64,000 nucleotides of DNA from Aulosira sp. ZfuVER01 (GCA_034530615.2 JAVRCV020000080.1:1-64000); one strand, 5' to 3'. Numbered from the stretch's first letter, positions 30,475-41,244 are shown. Numbers and translations: made by a program. The notes: a model not told the origin generated them from the sequence alone.

Positions 30475-30792
30475 AGTTACCATTACCAACTTGTGGAATA
30501 TCACCGTTTTGCTAAATTATAGCAATTGGCAAAGGTTGACTGGGAATATTTATATACCAATTGCCACTCTCTTCATCATAGAACTTATTCGCAAGTAAAT
30601 ACAGATTAGTAAGTGCGTTGACAATTAAGTATTGTGATTCATTCGGTTCCATCCGTGACTATTCTATAAATTGGCTTGAGTCATTCTAAAGGTAAGAGAA
30701 AGCATTCTCCAACTCCTAGCAAATAAACATACAATATAAGTAAGGGTTCGCTGTCAGCCGATTCTCTTCTATTTATGCGAACTCAAAATTGA

Positions 30793-30996
30793 GGAACAAT
30801 GTCGCCAACCCGATCGTCAGAAATTATATAAATAGAATTTACAAACATATATCAACAGCTGACTGCCTGTAGAAATCAGTAGAAAAACCTTAAGGAACAA
30901 TCACAAGTACTCCGCGTCATCCAAGTACTTTACCTTCGGAATAACCCCATAGATAGGTTTAAAAGTATTCAGAAACAAACTCAGTAAATCTGCGTC
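30793..30996 (+). promoter_or_regulatory. Three tandem ECF-sigma-like promoters
   Basis: GGAAC-N17-CGTC (30793), GGAAC-N16-CGTC (30894), GAAAC-N16-CGTC (30972). Confidence 0.55.
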
Positions 30997-31031
30997 ATTA
31001 GATATCTCTCAGACTTAACGGAAACCCTACT

Positions 31032-31727
31032 ATGAAAAGCCTCTATCGTTGGAAATCTGGAACTGCCGCACTCATGGCAATGGCAATAACCACAGGTGCT
31101 ATTACCCCTTTATTCACTTCTGCTCCTGCTAGTGCTCAATACAATATTAACCAATCCCGAACAATTACTATTCCTTATAATGTAACTTTTCCTGTTACCT
31201 ACGAAAAAGAGAAAGTGATTGTGAATCCTGGGGAGACTCTACCTCTAACCCTGAAAATCGCTAATGATATTATCGATAGTAACAGGAATGTATTAATTCC
31301 TCGTGGAACTGACGTTGTTGGCAGGCTCGAGCCTGTAAACCTTGATGGAAGATATTCCAGCGATAGGAATAATAACAATAACAATAAAGGTGTACGGTTC
31401 GTAGCCCAAGAACTAGTATTTGCTTCTGGTAAGCGTCAAACAATTAATGCAAGTTCTAAGACAGTTACCCAAACTGAAAGAATTTCCAAGGGAACTGATA
31501 CTAGTAGTATATTAACAGATGCAGCTATTGGAGCAGGTGCTGCCACTGTAATTTCACTACTTACAGGTGACAAGAAAATTCAAGTTTTAGAACCTATTAT
31601 TGGTGCGGCGGCTGGTGCAGGAGCAAGTATACTGTTGCGGAAAAAACAAGCTGACGTTTTCGTTTTGCGACCTGAAGAGGATTTGGATATTACTTTGAAC
31701 TCTAGTTTGGTTTTATCCCGCTACTAG
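31032..31727 (+). CDS. Secreted/envelope protein with glycine-zipper C-terminus (often labelled TrbI-like); paralog of the downstream gene
   Basis: Signal peptide, beta-rich domain, AAIGAGAA...IIGAAAGAG. Confidence 0.75.
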   Translation: MKSLYRWKSGTAALMAMAITTGAITPLFTSAPASAQYNINQSRTITIPYNVTFPVTYEKEKVIVNPGETLPLTLKIANDIIDSNRNVLIPRGTDVVGRLEPVNLDGRYSSDRNNNNNNKGVRFVAQELVFASGKRQTINASSKTVTQTERISKGTDTSSILTDAAIGAGAATVISLLTGDKKIQVLEPIIGAAAGAGASILLRKKQADVFVLRPEEDLDITLNSSLVLSRY

Positions 31728-31837
31728 GCTTAACTCAATTTAAGTCGTGACTTTAATCGTATCCAATTAGCGATCGCCACTTTATTATATGTGTGCGATC
31801 GCTTAATTTTTGGCACGTTAAACAGCCTAATTTTCGT

Positions 31838-32048
31838 GCAACTATTTTTTTACTGCGTCGTCTAAATTAATCGCTAGATTTTTGGGAATACTAATTGAGG
31901 AGCAGAGTAGGTAATAAGTCATGGTCTAATTACATGATTATTGATGATTTTTGGATTGTTATAAACAGTTTGTGAGATACATATATGACTTAAGTAATGA
32001 TTGATAAAACTACAGAATAATTGGGAACATACTCATGGATAAATGGTC
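31838..32048 (+). promoter_or_regulatory. Two ECF-like promoters plus a SigJ-type J-box
   Basis: GCAAC-N16-CGTC (31838), GGAAC-N16-GGTC (32024), GGGAATACT (31884-31892). Confidence 0.45.
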
Positions 32049-32094
32049 TAAGTAATTAACAAGAAAAACAAAGATTTTGATAGGGATAAAAATA

Positions 32095-33336
32095 ATGTTT
32101 GCTTTAAATCGTTGGCAATCTGGAACCGCTGCATTAATGGCTTTGAGCATCACCGCAGGTACTGTAGCACCCTTCATCACCGCTGCACCTTCTTTTGCTC
32201 AAACTACTTTTTCTGATGTTTCATCTAACTATTGGGCCGCACAATTTATTCAACAGTTATCACAGCGGGGTGTAATTGCAGGTTTTCCTGATGGTAGTTT
32301 TCGCCCAGAAGAACCGGTGACACGCGCTCAATTTGCCGCTATGGTCAATAAAGCTTTCCAAAAATCACAGCAACGGCAAGCAATCAGTTTTACTGATGTA
32401 CCAAGCAATTATTGGGCATACAGTGCCATCCAGCAAGCTTATACCATCGGTTTCTTAGCCGGATACCCTGGCAATCGCTTTGAACCCAATCAAGTGATTC
32501 CCAGACAGCAGGTTTTGGTTTCCCTAGCCAATGGTTTGGAATATCGTCCTAATACTACTGTTGAAAATACTCTGCAATATTTCAACGATGCTTATAATAT
32601 TGCTGACTATGCCCGTAGCCCAATTGCGGCTGCCACTGAAAAACAAATTGTGGTGAACTATCCCAATGTGAAGTTCCTCAATCCTACAGCAACCGCTACA
32701 CGGGCACAGGTAGCAGCTTTTATCTATCAGGCGTTGGTTAGTTCCAATCAAGCCTCAGCAATTAACTCTCCCTATATTGTTGCTGTTCAACCTACTACAC
32801 CCACACCTGTTGCCATAACAATTCCTCAAGGAACTTCTATCCCTGTGAAGTACGATAAAGCTGAAAAAATTCTTGTCACTAAGAATGAGACAGCGCCTTT
32901 AACACTGACAGTATCGCAAAATGTGGTGACACAAGAAGGAACTGTCGTAATTCCCGCCGGTAGTCAGGTAATTGGTCAACTTAAACCTGCTCAAGGTGGT
33001 TCTCAATTCGTTGCTGAAAAACTAGTTTTGACTACAGGTCAAGAGTATCAAGTTAACGCTACTTCTGAAGTGATTACCAAGACAGAAACTGTCAATAAAG
33101 GTACAAGCACTGGTACGATTATTCAAAATACTGTATTAGGCGCAGGCGCAGCGGCTGCCGTATCTGCGGTCACAGGCGATCGCGCGATCGCTACAGAAGA
33201 AGTATTGGGTGGTGCTGGTATTGGTGCGTTGATTGGGTTGTTCTTTGGTAAGAACAGTGTTGACTTAATTGCAATCGACCCAAATACAGACCTACAAATG
33301 ACAATCAATCAAAATTTGCTGGTTTCACTCAAGTAA
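32095..33336 (+). CDS. S-layer homology (3x SLH) domain protein with glycine-zipper C-terminal domain
   Basis: FSDVSSNYWA...GFPDGSFRP..VTRAQFA SLH repeats. Confidence 0.9.
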   Translation: MFALNRWQSGTAALMALSITAGTVAPFITAAPSFAQTTFSDVSSNYWAAQFIQQLSQRGVIAGFPDGSFRPEEPVTRAQFAAMVNKAFQKSQQRQAISFTDVPSNYWAYSAIQQAYTIGFLAGYPGNRFEPNQVIPRQQVLVSLANGLEYRPNTTVENTLQYFNDAYNIADYARSPIAAATEKQIVVNYPNVKFLNPTATATRAQVAAFIYQALVSSNQASAINSPYIVAVQPTTPTPVAITIPQGTSIPVKYDKAEKILVTKNETAPLTLTVSQNVVTQEGTVVIPAGSQVIGQLKPAQGGSQFVAEKLVLTTGQEYQVNATSEVITKTETVNKGTSTGTIIQNTVLGAGAAAAVSAVTGDRAIATEEVLGGAGIGALIGLFFGKNSVDLIAIDPNTDLQMTINQNLLVSLK

Positions 33337-33386
33337 TCAAGTATAAAGGGTCAATGGACTTTGAACTATTGGCTCTACACTATTGA

Positions 33387-34718
33387 CTAATTCTCAACTT
33401 CTGGCAACCAAATAATAAACGTTGTTCCCGGTGCATTTGGTAATGAGATTGTGGAATTAATTGCAGGGCTAAAGACTTCTATTTTGCCCTGCATTTGCTC
33501 TATTAGCTGTTTAGCAATCGCTAACCCCAAACCTGTACCAGGAATCTCTGTTTGCGCCTGTACACCCCGGTAATGGCGTTCTCCAATATGTTCTAAATCT
33601 TCTGGGGGAATACCGGGGCCTGTGTCACTAATCGCAATTCCCTGTAAATTATCTTTTTCCTGCCCTACTTGAATCAAAATCTTACCGCCAGCAGGAGTAT
33701 ATTTCAAAGCATTATCGATGATATTGCTTAATACCTCTCGTAAAGCTTTGACGTTAGCGTGAACTAAAGGTAAATTTCGGGGAATTTTAGTTATTAGTTG
33801 CAGCTTCCGTTCCTGAGCAATTGCCTTAGCAGATACTAATAATGGTACTAATAAATCTGCTAGAGCACAGTCAGCGGTTTTTTCTCCTGTTCCTGGCAAT
33901 AAAAGGGCTGGTTTTGATTCTTTGTGGATAGTTGCTTCTACAACTACTTCATTTTCTGGGAGTGAAAGAGGTGCTAAATCTGCTTCAGTTAACTCAATTA
34001 CTCGATCGAATTGTTGCAATAATTCTTGCAAGCGATCGCTTTCTCGAATTATATTGCCTGCCACATCTCGGTTAGGATCGCCCGATCGCAACCGTTTCAT
34101 CAGCAGTTTACCAAAGGTTCTGATTGCTGTTAACGGGTTGCGAAACTGGTGCAAAAGGTTATCTAGCAAATCGCGCTGCTGTTCTTGGAGGATTTGTTGT
34201 TGATGCAATTGCTGCTGCAACCAGGCTCGACGCTGATCTAAAATACAGGCGATCGCTAGGGTTTGGGCTATCCTCTGAATCTCGCTTTGTTCCTTTTCAT
34301 TCCATACCCGGTCTTCCCTACCTGTCACCAGTAACCCCATCATCACACCCTCATGGATTAGGGGTAAAACAATTTGGTTCTCACTAAGTAAGTATTCTTT
34401 TGATGTCTCAGGCTCCTGTGATGAATTGGAGCTTTCTGCACCGCCTATCAATAATTTTCCCTGATTTTGGGGTAATACCAAAACATTTCTCACTTTCAGT
34501 TGCTCAGATGTTTCCACCTCAGCATTCCCCTCAAGTTGCCTTAATCCTGCCGTCTCTGGGTATACCACCACTGGAATCAGCTTTGCCTCCCCTGTTGGAG
34601 CCTCTACCAATTCTTGTGTTAAGTAGACCACACTTAACGATGCTCCTAGCCCTTGGGTTAACAGTGCTATTTGCTCTCGGCATAGAGCAACAAAATCAGA
34701 ACTGGCAGACATTAACAT
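33387..34718 (-). CDS. hik2: GAF-HisKA-HATPase sensor kinase, Hik2/CSK-like
   Basis: FVALCREQ N-terminal Cys, HQFRNPLTAIRTFGKLL H-box, N/G boxes; no TM segments. Confidence 0.78.
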   Translation of the reverse strand: MLMSASSDFVALCREQIALLTQGLGASLSVVYLTQELVEAPTGEAKLIPVVVYPETAGLRQLEGNAEVETSEQLKVRNVLVLPQNQGKLLIGGAESSNSSQEPETSKEYLLSENQIVLPLIHEGVMMGLLVTGREDRVWNEKEQSEIQRIAQTLAIACILDQRRAWLQQQLHQQQILQEQQRDLLDNLLHQFRNPLTAIRTFGKLLMKRLRSGDPNRDVAGNIIRESDRLQELLQQFDRVIELTEADLAPLSLPENEVVVEATIHKESKPALLLPGTGEKTADCALADLLVPLLVSAKAIAQERKLQLITKIPRNLPLVHANVKALREVLSNIIDNALKYTPAGGKILIQVGQEKDNLQGIAISDTGPGIPPEDLEHIGERHYRGVQAQTEIPGTGLGLAIAKQLIEQMQGKIEVFSPAINSTISLPNAPGTTFIIWLPEVEN

Positions 34719-34997
34719 TTTTCAGATTTTGCTCAAGATTATAGAATTTGAGGGTAGATTAAAGAAGAGGGTAATTTTTCCCTCGCTCATTTAATAAAGC
34801 TTAACTAAATCTTCTTAGTAATTGTTTGCCCTAGGGAATTATATATTCCCCAATTTTGATTTCTCTATTTTTAAAAATATGAATTGGTTGTATCAAAAGC
34901 TTAAAAACTGTTGATTTTTTGAACTAGAACTTATATAATTACGACGGATTTTGTAGCTATCACTACAATCTATAGCTTGAAAGAGGAGGAAAATAGG

Positions 34998-35315
34998 TTG
35001 GCAAGGAGACGGAAACGGAAGAGTCGTCGTCGCCAAGAAGGGCGTCGAATCCTGGAGCATGTGCCTCAATATAGCATCGAAAGTGGCGAAGAAAAACCTG
35101 TGACAGCAGCAAGAAAATTTATTCAAGCTGAAGGAATCGCACCACCTGCGTTGCTACTTGTAAAGCGTAACGAACACACCACAGACCGTTATTTCTGGGC
35201 AGAAAAGGGACTGTTTGGTGCTCAATACGTAGAAGAGAACCATTTCTTGTTTCCCAGCCTCAGGATCTTAGAAGCTCCTACTGGTCAGGAAACCCTAGCT
35301 TTAGCTGCTCGCTGA
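34998..35315 (+). CDS. DUF3155 conserved cyanobacterial protein
   Basis: ARRRKRKSRRRQEGRRILE..PQY, NEHTTDRYFWAEKGLF; TTG start after GGAGG. Confidence 0.85.
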   Translation: MARRRKRKSRRRQEGRRILEHVPQYSIESGEEKPVTAARKFIQAEGIAPPALLLVKRNEHTTDRYFWAEKGLFGAQYVEENHFLFPSLRILEAPTGQETLALAAR

Positions 35316-35587
35316 ACTACAAGTGGTTATCTTACGCATTTATGTGACTTCTGGCAATCATTTAACTGGCAAAATTGCTCATGTTATGCAAAAACTTCAT
35401 TTTTTTAGTTTGTAGTTGATTTGCCAGTAGAGCTAACTTGTTTCAAACCAAGCTTGTTTGCCTGGGTTGATTTATAGCTTTGTAATGCAGAAGGAAGTCA
35501 GTATAAAGCGAAAAGTGTCTGAAGGCGGGAGCGACATTGCACGTTCATTCGGTAGATTGCTCAAGACGCTCTGTCAACAGCTATAGT

Positions 35588-35619
35588 TTTTTCCCTACGA
35601 TATAAAATCGTAGGGAAAA
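35588..35619. terminator. Bidirectional terminator
   Basis: TTTTCCCTACGAT-ataaa-ATCGTAGGGAAAA perfect stem. Confidence 0.8.
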
Positions 35620-35724
35620 TCAACATATTCTAGGTTGTATATTCAGCTCCCTAATTTGTGTTTCCGGAAAATTTAGACAGAACTCTGCATCTCGTACTCA
35701 CAAGACGTGCAACAACTTCAAGAT

Positions 35725-36255
35725 TTATGCAATGGGTTTTAACTGTAGTGCCCTCTGCAACTCAATAAGTTCGTCTCGATGGGCAATTACAGTGATTCTA
35801 CTTGAGGAGTGTTGCTGATTTGGGGTTGCTTCCAGTTTGAGCGACACTTTCTCAAGTCTTCCAGCTTTTTTCCAATAAAAAATACCACTCACAGGGGAGA
35901 GCAGTAGTATCCCTAAGAAAAGGGTCCTAAGACTCGGAATAAGCATTGACAAAACCAGTGATAGACAAACCAAACCAGCAAATGCTAGCAGTGTTAAAAA
36001 CACAGCTAAAAACCAGCTTGGTTTAACAAACCCTTCAAAAGTCACTTGGTTTTGTTCGCGGTCTACCGCTGCCACTCGATAAGACCGGGAGCGAAAATAC
36101 TCCTGTATTTGAGGCATTAAAGTGGCTTCGTTTTGCTCAGATATCAGTTGTGCTGTCTGTGTACGCTCTTTAGTTGAGGCACGAATAAAGAAAAACAGCC
36201 CAACCGACAACAACAAGGTTAGTAGAAATGTAGATGGCAGAATAGCAGTATCCAT
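35725..36255 (-). CDS. Cofactor assembly of complex C subunit B (CCB1/DUF3529)
   Basis: GLFFFIRAS.K.RT, YW.KAGR.E and AHRDEL motifs. Confidence 0.85.
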   Translation of the reverse strand: MDTAILPSTFLLTLLLSVGLFFFIRASTKERTQTAQLISEQNEATLMPQIQEYFRSRSYRVAAVDREQNQVTFEGFVKPSWFLAVFLTLLAFAGLVCLSLVLSMLIPSLRTLFLGILLLSPVSGIFYWKKAGRLEKVSLKLEATPNQQHSSSRITVIAHRDELIELQRALQLKPIA

Positions 36256-36314
36256 AACTGAAATAGTTACTATTTGGTTGGAGGGGACTTATTCATTTCA
36301 TTATCAATTATTCG

Positions 36315-36662
36315 TTAATTTGTTCTTTGATTGATGTACTCTAACCAAAGTTGAGCCAAATCCTGCGATTGAACTTGCCATTCTGGAGAAACTTGGTACA
36401 TCCGCCTGGGGCGTCCCCGCCCTTCGAGTTTCTTCCAGTATCCATTTATTGCCCTTTGGTCTTCGAGAAATTTGATCGCACTGTACAGTACAGTATCTGA
36501 AAGCCGATAGGTTGGATATTCAGTCTCCAGTCGCTGGATCAACTCGGTTCCGTAAGATTCACCTTGTAGTAAAACATACAGTATGTAACACACTGCTAGT
36601 TCCTGACAGAGGTAAGTTGGCGGAGGATTCTCAAAGAATTGATATATATCCTCAAGTTTCAT
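36315..36662 (-). CDS. pex: PadR-family regulator Pex (circadian period extender)
   Basis: YL..ELAVCYIL.VLL..ESYGTELIQ...RLSDTVLY.A..FLE...GRGRPRRMY. Confidence 0.88.
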   Translation of the reverse strand: MKLEDIYQFFENPPPTYLCQELAVCYILYVLLQGESYGTELIQRLETEYPTYRLSDTVLYSAIKFLEDQRAINGYWKKLEGRGRPRRMYQVSPEWQVQSQDLAQLWLEYINQRTN

Positions 36663-37185
36663 GTTAGTGAATGGCTAAAAAATGCCTTAGGGTGAGATTA
36701 TAGAATGCTTGTCGTCAGTATATAGTAATACTATGCCTAACTAAGTATATAACTCTACTTAGGCATAATTTACAAAGTGTAGACATCATAAAGATGCCCC
36801 ACCTTTGTTGAAGTTGTAGGACGAGTGTGTGAGTTTCAGGGAAACAGAATATGCATCCCTGCCCAAGCTCAAGACGATGTGGTGAGGAGCGTTTAAGATA
36901 TTGGCAAACCCAATACCTTAGTGTCAAGTGATGCCGAGCTGGTTAGAACTGCTTAAGCATAAGATGCCATCGAAGAAATTTTACAGGTAAAATGCAATTT
37001 TGTCTGTAAAAGTTAATAAACACTTTTTTTACAATGATTATCCCAGTGCAGACCGTAGAATATGGGGTGCAGGGGATGAAGGAGTAGGGCAAGTGGCGTG
37101 GATAAGGGAGAAATAATCAATGCCCAATGCCCCATCTCTTATATCCAAATATATTTTGAAGCGCCTAGCACATTGGTGAGCAGTT

Positions 37186-37764
37186 ATGTCACAAAACCCC
37201 GACATTACATCGTCTTCCTCTACTCTTCGGGCAATTGGCCAGAAGTTTCGCCTTATAGGTTGGATTAGTTTTTGGATTCAGTTGGTACTAGGTGTAGTTT
37301 CTGGCGTAATTTTGTTGTTATATGCGATCTCTAGCCAAAGACCTGGCAGCGCAGCTAATAATGCAGGAGCAGGGTTTGGCATTTTTCTGGCAATCTGTGG
37401 ACTGGTTGCCTTGGGTGTGGGGATTTATTTGGCTTTTCGTTACACCAGATTAGGGGGTCAACTATTATCTGCTAATCCCAACAACCGACCGCGTAAAAGT
37501 GAAACTGTACAAGTATTGCGTTTAGGCGTGATGGTAAATTTGCTAGGAATACTATTAACTCTTTTAGGGGCACAAGCGATCGTTGGAACTCTAGCAGCAA
37601 GGGCCATTACTCAAACTCAATTTATCTTTTCCCCTCAAGGTAATCAACCATTTATCAGCGGGCTAGATATGTTTGTGGTGCAGGCAAATACCAACACTGT
37701 AATGGCTCACTTTGGCGGGTTGATTGCCTCACTTTGGCTTCTCAATCGCATTACTAAACCTTAG
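37186..37764 (+). CDS. DUF3611 membrane protein (Tic21/PIC1-like)
   Basis: GWISFWIQLVLGVVS and LDMFVVQANTNT..AHF motifs; 4 TMs. Confidence 0.82.
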   Translation: MSQNPDITSSSSTLRAIGQKFRLIGWISFWIQLVLGVVSGVILLLYAISSQRPGSAANNAGAGFGIFLAICGLVALGVGIYLAFRYTRLGGQLLSANPNNRPRKSETVQVLRLGVMVNLLGILLTLLGAQAIVGTLAARAITQTQFIFSPQGNQPFISGLDMFVVQANTNTVMAHFGGLIASLWLLNRITKP

Positions 37765-38015
37765 AGGTTTAACTAAAGAAGATGGGGCAAGTGGCAGAAG
37801 CGACGCTGTTTAGAATTTTCAGAGTGCCATTGAGTTTATAAGCTAGAGCAAAATTTCTCAGATTCAGAAACATCAAAAGAAATTTGTTGTATCCTAACAT
37901 TGGCAAGATTTGCAGGGCGAAATTTTTAGAATGCAATTCCTGTCATGACACGCCAAAATCAGTATATGCTGATGTTTTGGCAGGAAATATTAGGCAAAAG
38001 TCAAAAGAAAAATCT

Positions 38016-39296
38016 GTGCTGGATATTAAGCAAATAAGGGAAAATCCCCAATTAATTCAGGAACGCTTGAATACTCGTAGTGGTAAATACGATATTCAGC
38101 CAATATTAGAGTTAGACCAAAAACAGAGAGAATTGGAGGCTACACGCAATCAGCTCCAAGCTCGAAGCAATGAAATTGGTAAAATTGTCGGACAAAAGAT
38201 AAAATCTGGAACCAATCCTCAAGCTCCAGAAATTCAATCTTTGCGGGATGAGGGTAACTCCATCAAAAGTCAATTGAGCGAACTAGAGCCGCAAGAAAAA
38301 GCACTGAAAGCTGAAATTGAGGAACTGGTGCTGGCACTCCCCAACTTACCTAGCGACTCCACACCCATCGGCAAGAGTGAAGAAGATAATCTAGAAGTTC
38401 GCCGTTGGGGTGATGAATACATTCCTCAGAACCAGAATATTCTTCCCCATTGGGAAATTGGTGAAAAGCTGGGTATTCTGAATGTGGCGCGGGCTGTCAA
38501 AGTTGCCCAAAGTCGCTTTGTTAATCTCATCGGTGCTGGTGCGGCTTTAGAAAGGGCATTAATTCAATTTATGCTGGCGCGTCAGACTGAAGCTGGTTAT
38601 CTAGAAGTCAGTCCGCCAATTTTGGTAAATACTGAATCTTTGACAGCAACCGGTCAGTTACCTAAGTTTGCTGAAGAAAGCTTTAAATGTGCTGATGATG
38701 ATTTGTGGCTAATTCCGACAGCAGAAGTTCCAGTTACTAACCTCTACCGGGGAGAAATCCTAGCTGCTGAAGATTTGCCTATCTACCATTGTGCTTATAC
38801 TCCCTGTTTTCGTCGCGAGGCTGGGAGTTATGGGCGGGATATGCGGGGATTAATTCGCCTGCATCAATTCAACAAAGTGGAATTGGTGAAATTTGTCCAT
38901 CCCAGCAGTTCTTTTGAAGAACTAGAAAAACTGGTGGGAAATGCAGAAGCTATTTTACAAGCGTTGCAATTACCTTACCGAGTAATCAATTTATGCACTG
39001 GTGATTTAGGATTTTCCTCCACTAAAACCTATGATTTAGAGGTTTGGCTACCCTCCTCTGGTAAATACCGAGAAATTTCCAGCTGTTCCAATTTTATAGA
39101 CTTTCAAGCACGAAGGGCTGATATTCGCTTTAAAGAAGCAGGGAAAAAAGGTACTCAGTTTGTACATACCCTAAATGGTTCTGGCTTGGCTGTGGGACGG
39201 ACAATGGCAGCAATTTTGGAGAATTATCAACAACCAGATGGAACGGTACGGATACCAGAAGTACTGCAACCTTACTTAGGGCGTGAGGTGTTGTAG
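38016..39296 (+). CDS. serS: Seryl-tRNA synthetase
   Basis: [23 protein letters not shown] and [10 protein letters not shown] motifs; GTG start 38016. Confidence 0.98.
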   Translation: MLDIKQIRENPQLIQERLNTRSGKYDIQPILELDQKQRELEATRNQLQARSNEIGKIVGQKIKSGTNPQAPEIQSLRDEGNSIKSQLSELEPQEKALKAEIEELVLALPNLPSDSTPIGKSEEDNLEVRRWGDEYIPQNQNILPHWEIGEKLGILNVARAVKVAQSRFVNLIGAGAALERALIQFMLARQTEAGYLEVSPPILVNTESLTATGQLPKFAEESFKCADDDLWLIPTAEVPVTNLYRGEILAAEDLPIYHCAYTPCFRREAGSYGRDMRGLIRLHQFNKVELVKFVHPSSSFEELEKLVGNAEAILQALQLPYRVINLCTGDLGFSSTKTYDLEVWLPSSGKYREISSCSNFIDFQARRADIRFKEAGKKGTQFVHTLNGSGLAVGRTMAAILENYQQPDGTVRIPEVLQPYLGREVL

Positions 39297-39481
39297 TCAT
39301 TGGTATTTGTCATTTGTCACTCGTTATTAGTACAAACAGTTCTAATGGCTTATATCTAATTGACTATTGACTATTGACCACAAGAGGGAAAATCTTCAAT
39401 TCAAACCAGTCAAAGCCAATGCTAGCGATTGACACAATTTAGAATGGAGATAAGTATATAGCTTAATATCTTGTTTGATCT

Positions 39482-40579
39482 ATGTCAGTTTTAGCAGCGA
39501 TCGCAGTTTTGGCTGTTTTGATCTTGGTACACGAACTAGGACATTTCATTGCAGCACGTTCTCAGGGCATTCATGTTAACCGTTTTTCTTTAGGTTTTGG
39601 CCCGGTTCTTTGGAAATACCAAGGTCCAGAAACCGAATATGCTATTCGCGCTTTTCCTTTGGGTGGCTTTGTTGGCTTTCCCGATGATGACCCAGATAGC
39701 GATATTCCCCCCAACGACCCGAATTTATTGCGTAATCGTCCCATATTAGACCGGGCGATCGTCATTAGTGCGGGTGTGATCGCAAATTTAATATTTGCCT
39801 ATTTGCTGTTGGTGGGACAAGTTGGTTTTGTTGGTGTCGGACAAGCCAGCCAACCAGGGGTTTTAATCCAACAGTTAGCACCAGATGTTAGCGATGTCGC
39901 AGCTAACGCTGGAATTAAGCCAGGAGATGTGATTGTAGCGGCTAATCAAAGACAATTTGGTACTTCTCTGCAAGAGATAGACGCTTTTAGAGACTTAATT
40001 AAAACTAGTGCAGGTAAGCCAGTTCAACTGGAAATTGCCCGTGGTGAGCAAAAACTATCGGTAAACGTGGTTCCAGAAGCCAAATCCAATGGCGGTACGA
40101 TTGGAATTGGATTGTCTCCCAATGGTAAAGTTGAGCGTCGTCCCATTGCTAATCCTATAGAAGCGTTGAAAGTTGGTGCTACAGAATTTCAGCGCATTGT
40201 ACTGATGACATTTAAAGGTTTTGGACAACTAATTACCAACTTTGGTGAAACGGCTAGCCAAGTAGCTGGCCCAATTAAAATTGTAGAAATTGGTGCTAAC
40301 ATTGCCCAAAATGATACAGGCAGTCTGTTCTTCTTTGCGGCACTGATCAGTATTAACTTGGCAATCATCAACATTTTGCCTCTACCAGCTTTAGATGGCG
40401 GACAACTGGCTTTTCTATTGATTGAAGGTTTGCGCGGTAAGCCCTTACCTACCAAAATTCAAGAAGGTGTTATGCAAACTGGTTTGGTGCTACTGTTAGG
40501 ACTAGGAATTTTTCTGATTGTTAAAGAAACTACTCAGTTAACAACACAGTTAGAGTGGGTACAAAAATTGTTCCAGTGA
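39482..40579 (+). CDS. rseP: RIP metalloprotease RseP (site-2 protease with PDZ)
   Basis: HELGH, PDZ-like region, NILPLPALDGG. Confidence 0.94.
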   Translation: MSVLAAIAVLAVLILVHELGHFIAARSQGIHVNRFSLGFGPVLWKYQGPETEYAIRAFPLGGFVGFPDDDPDSDIPPNDPNLLRNRPILDRAIVISAGVIANLIFAYLLLVGQVGFVGVGQASQPGVLIQQLAPDVSDVAANAGIKPGDVIVAANQRQFGTSLQEIDAFRDLIKTSAGKPVQLEIARGEQKLSVNVVPEAKSNGGTIGIGLSPNGKVERRPIANPIEALKVGATEFQRIVLMTFKGFGQLITNFGETASQVAGPIKIVEIGANIAQNDTGSLFFFAALISINLAIINILPLPALDGGQLAFLLIEGLRGKPLPTKIQEGVMQTGLVLLLGLGIFLIVKETTQLTTQLEWVQKLFQ

Positions 40580-41244
40580 TCGCTACTCGCAAACCATCAT
40601 CCAAAAAGCAACGAGCGCTTGAAATTCTTACTCGCTTGAAGCGTCTGTATCCAGATGCAACTTGCTCTTTGAACTACTCAACACCTGTGCAGCTTTTAGT
40701 AGCAACTATTTTATCTGCACAGTGTACAGATGAAAGAGTCAATAAAGTTACACCAGCTTTATTTAGCCGCTTTCCTGATGCTGGGAGTTTGGCAAATGCT
40801 GATTTGGCAGAGTTGGAAGAATTGGTACGTTCGACAGGGTTTTATCGCAATAAAGCCAAGAATATTCAAGCCGCTTGTCGGATGATTGTTACAGAGTTTG
40901 ATTCTCTAGTTCCCAACCAAATGGAGCAGCTGTTACGCCTTCCAGGTGTAGCAAGAAAGACAGCTAACGTAGTTTTAGCTCATGCTTATGGCATTAATGC
41001 TGGAGTGACTGTTGATACTCATGTTAAGCGCCTCAGCAATCATTTGGGTTTAACAAAACATACAGACCCAGTTCACATTGAGCAAGATTTAATGAAGTTA
41101 TTGCCACAAGCAGATTGGGAAAATTGGTCAATTCGATTGATTTATCACGGACGAGCTATCTGTAAAGCTCGTTCTCCCCTATGTGTTGCTTGTGAATTGG
41201 CAGATTTGTGCCCAGATGCTAATAAGCCAACAGTGGTAGGTTAA
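40576..41244 (+). CDS. nth: Endonuclease III
   Basis: LSAQCTD, HhH LPGVARKTA, VDTHV, C-x6-C-x2-C-x5-C 4Fe-4S motif. Confidence 0.96.
   Translation: MIATRKPSSKKQRALEILTRLKRLYPDATCSLNYSTPVQLLVATILSAQCTDERVNKVTPALFSRFPDAGSLANADLAELEELVRSTGFYRNKAKNIQAACRMIVTEFDSLVPNQMEQLLRLPGVARKTANVVLAHAYGINAGVTVDTHVKRLSNHLGLTKHTDPVHIEQDLMKLLPQADWENWSIRLIYHGRAICKARSPLCVACELADLCPDANKPTVVG

Noticed and set aside
35540..35570. CGTTCAT...AGACG resembling a glnA glutamine riboswitch
   Set aside because: Lacks the GGAAGTA segment and lies 3' of genes rather than in a 5' leader
36715..36927. 70-aa ORF upstream of pex
   Set aside because: No homology cues and atypical composition; probably the pex promoter/leader
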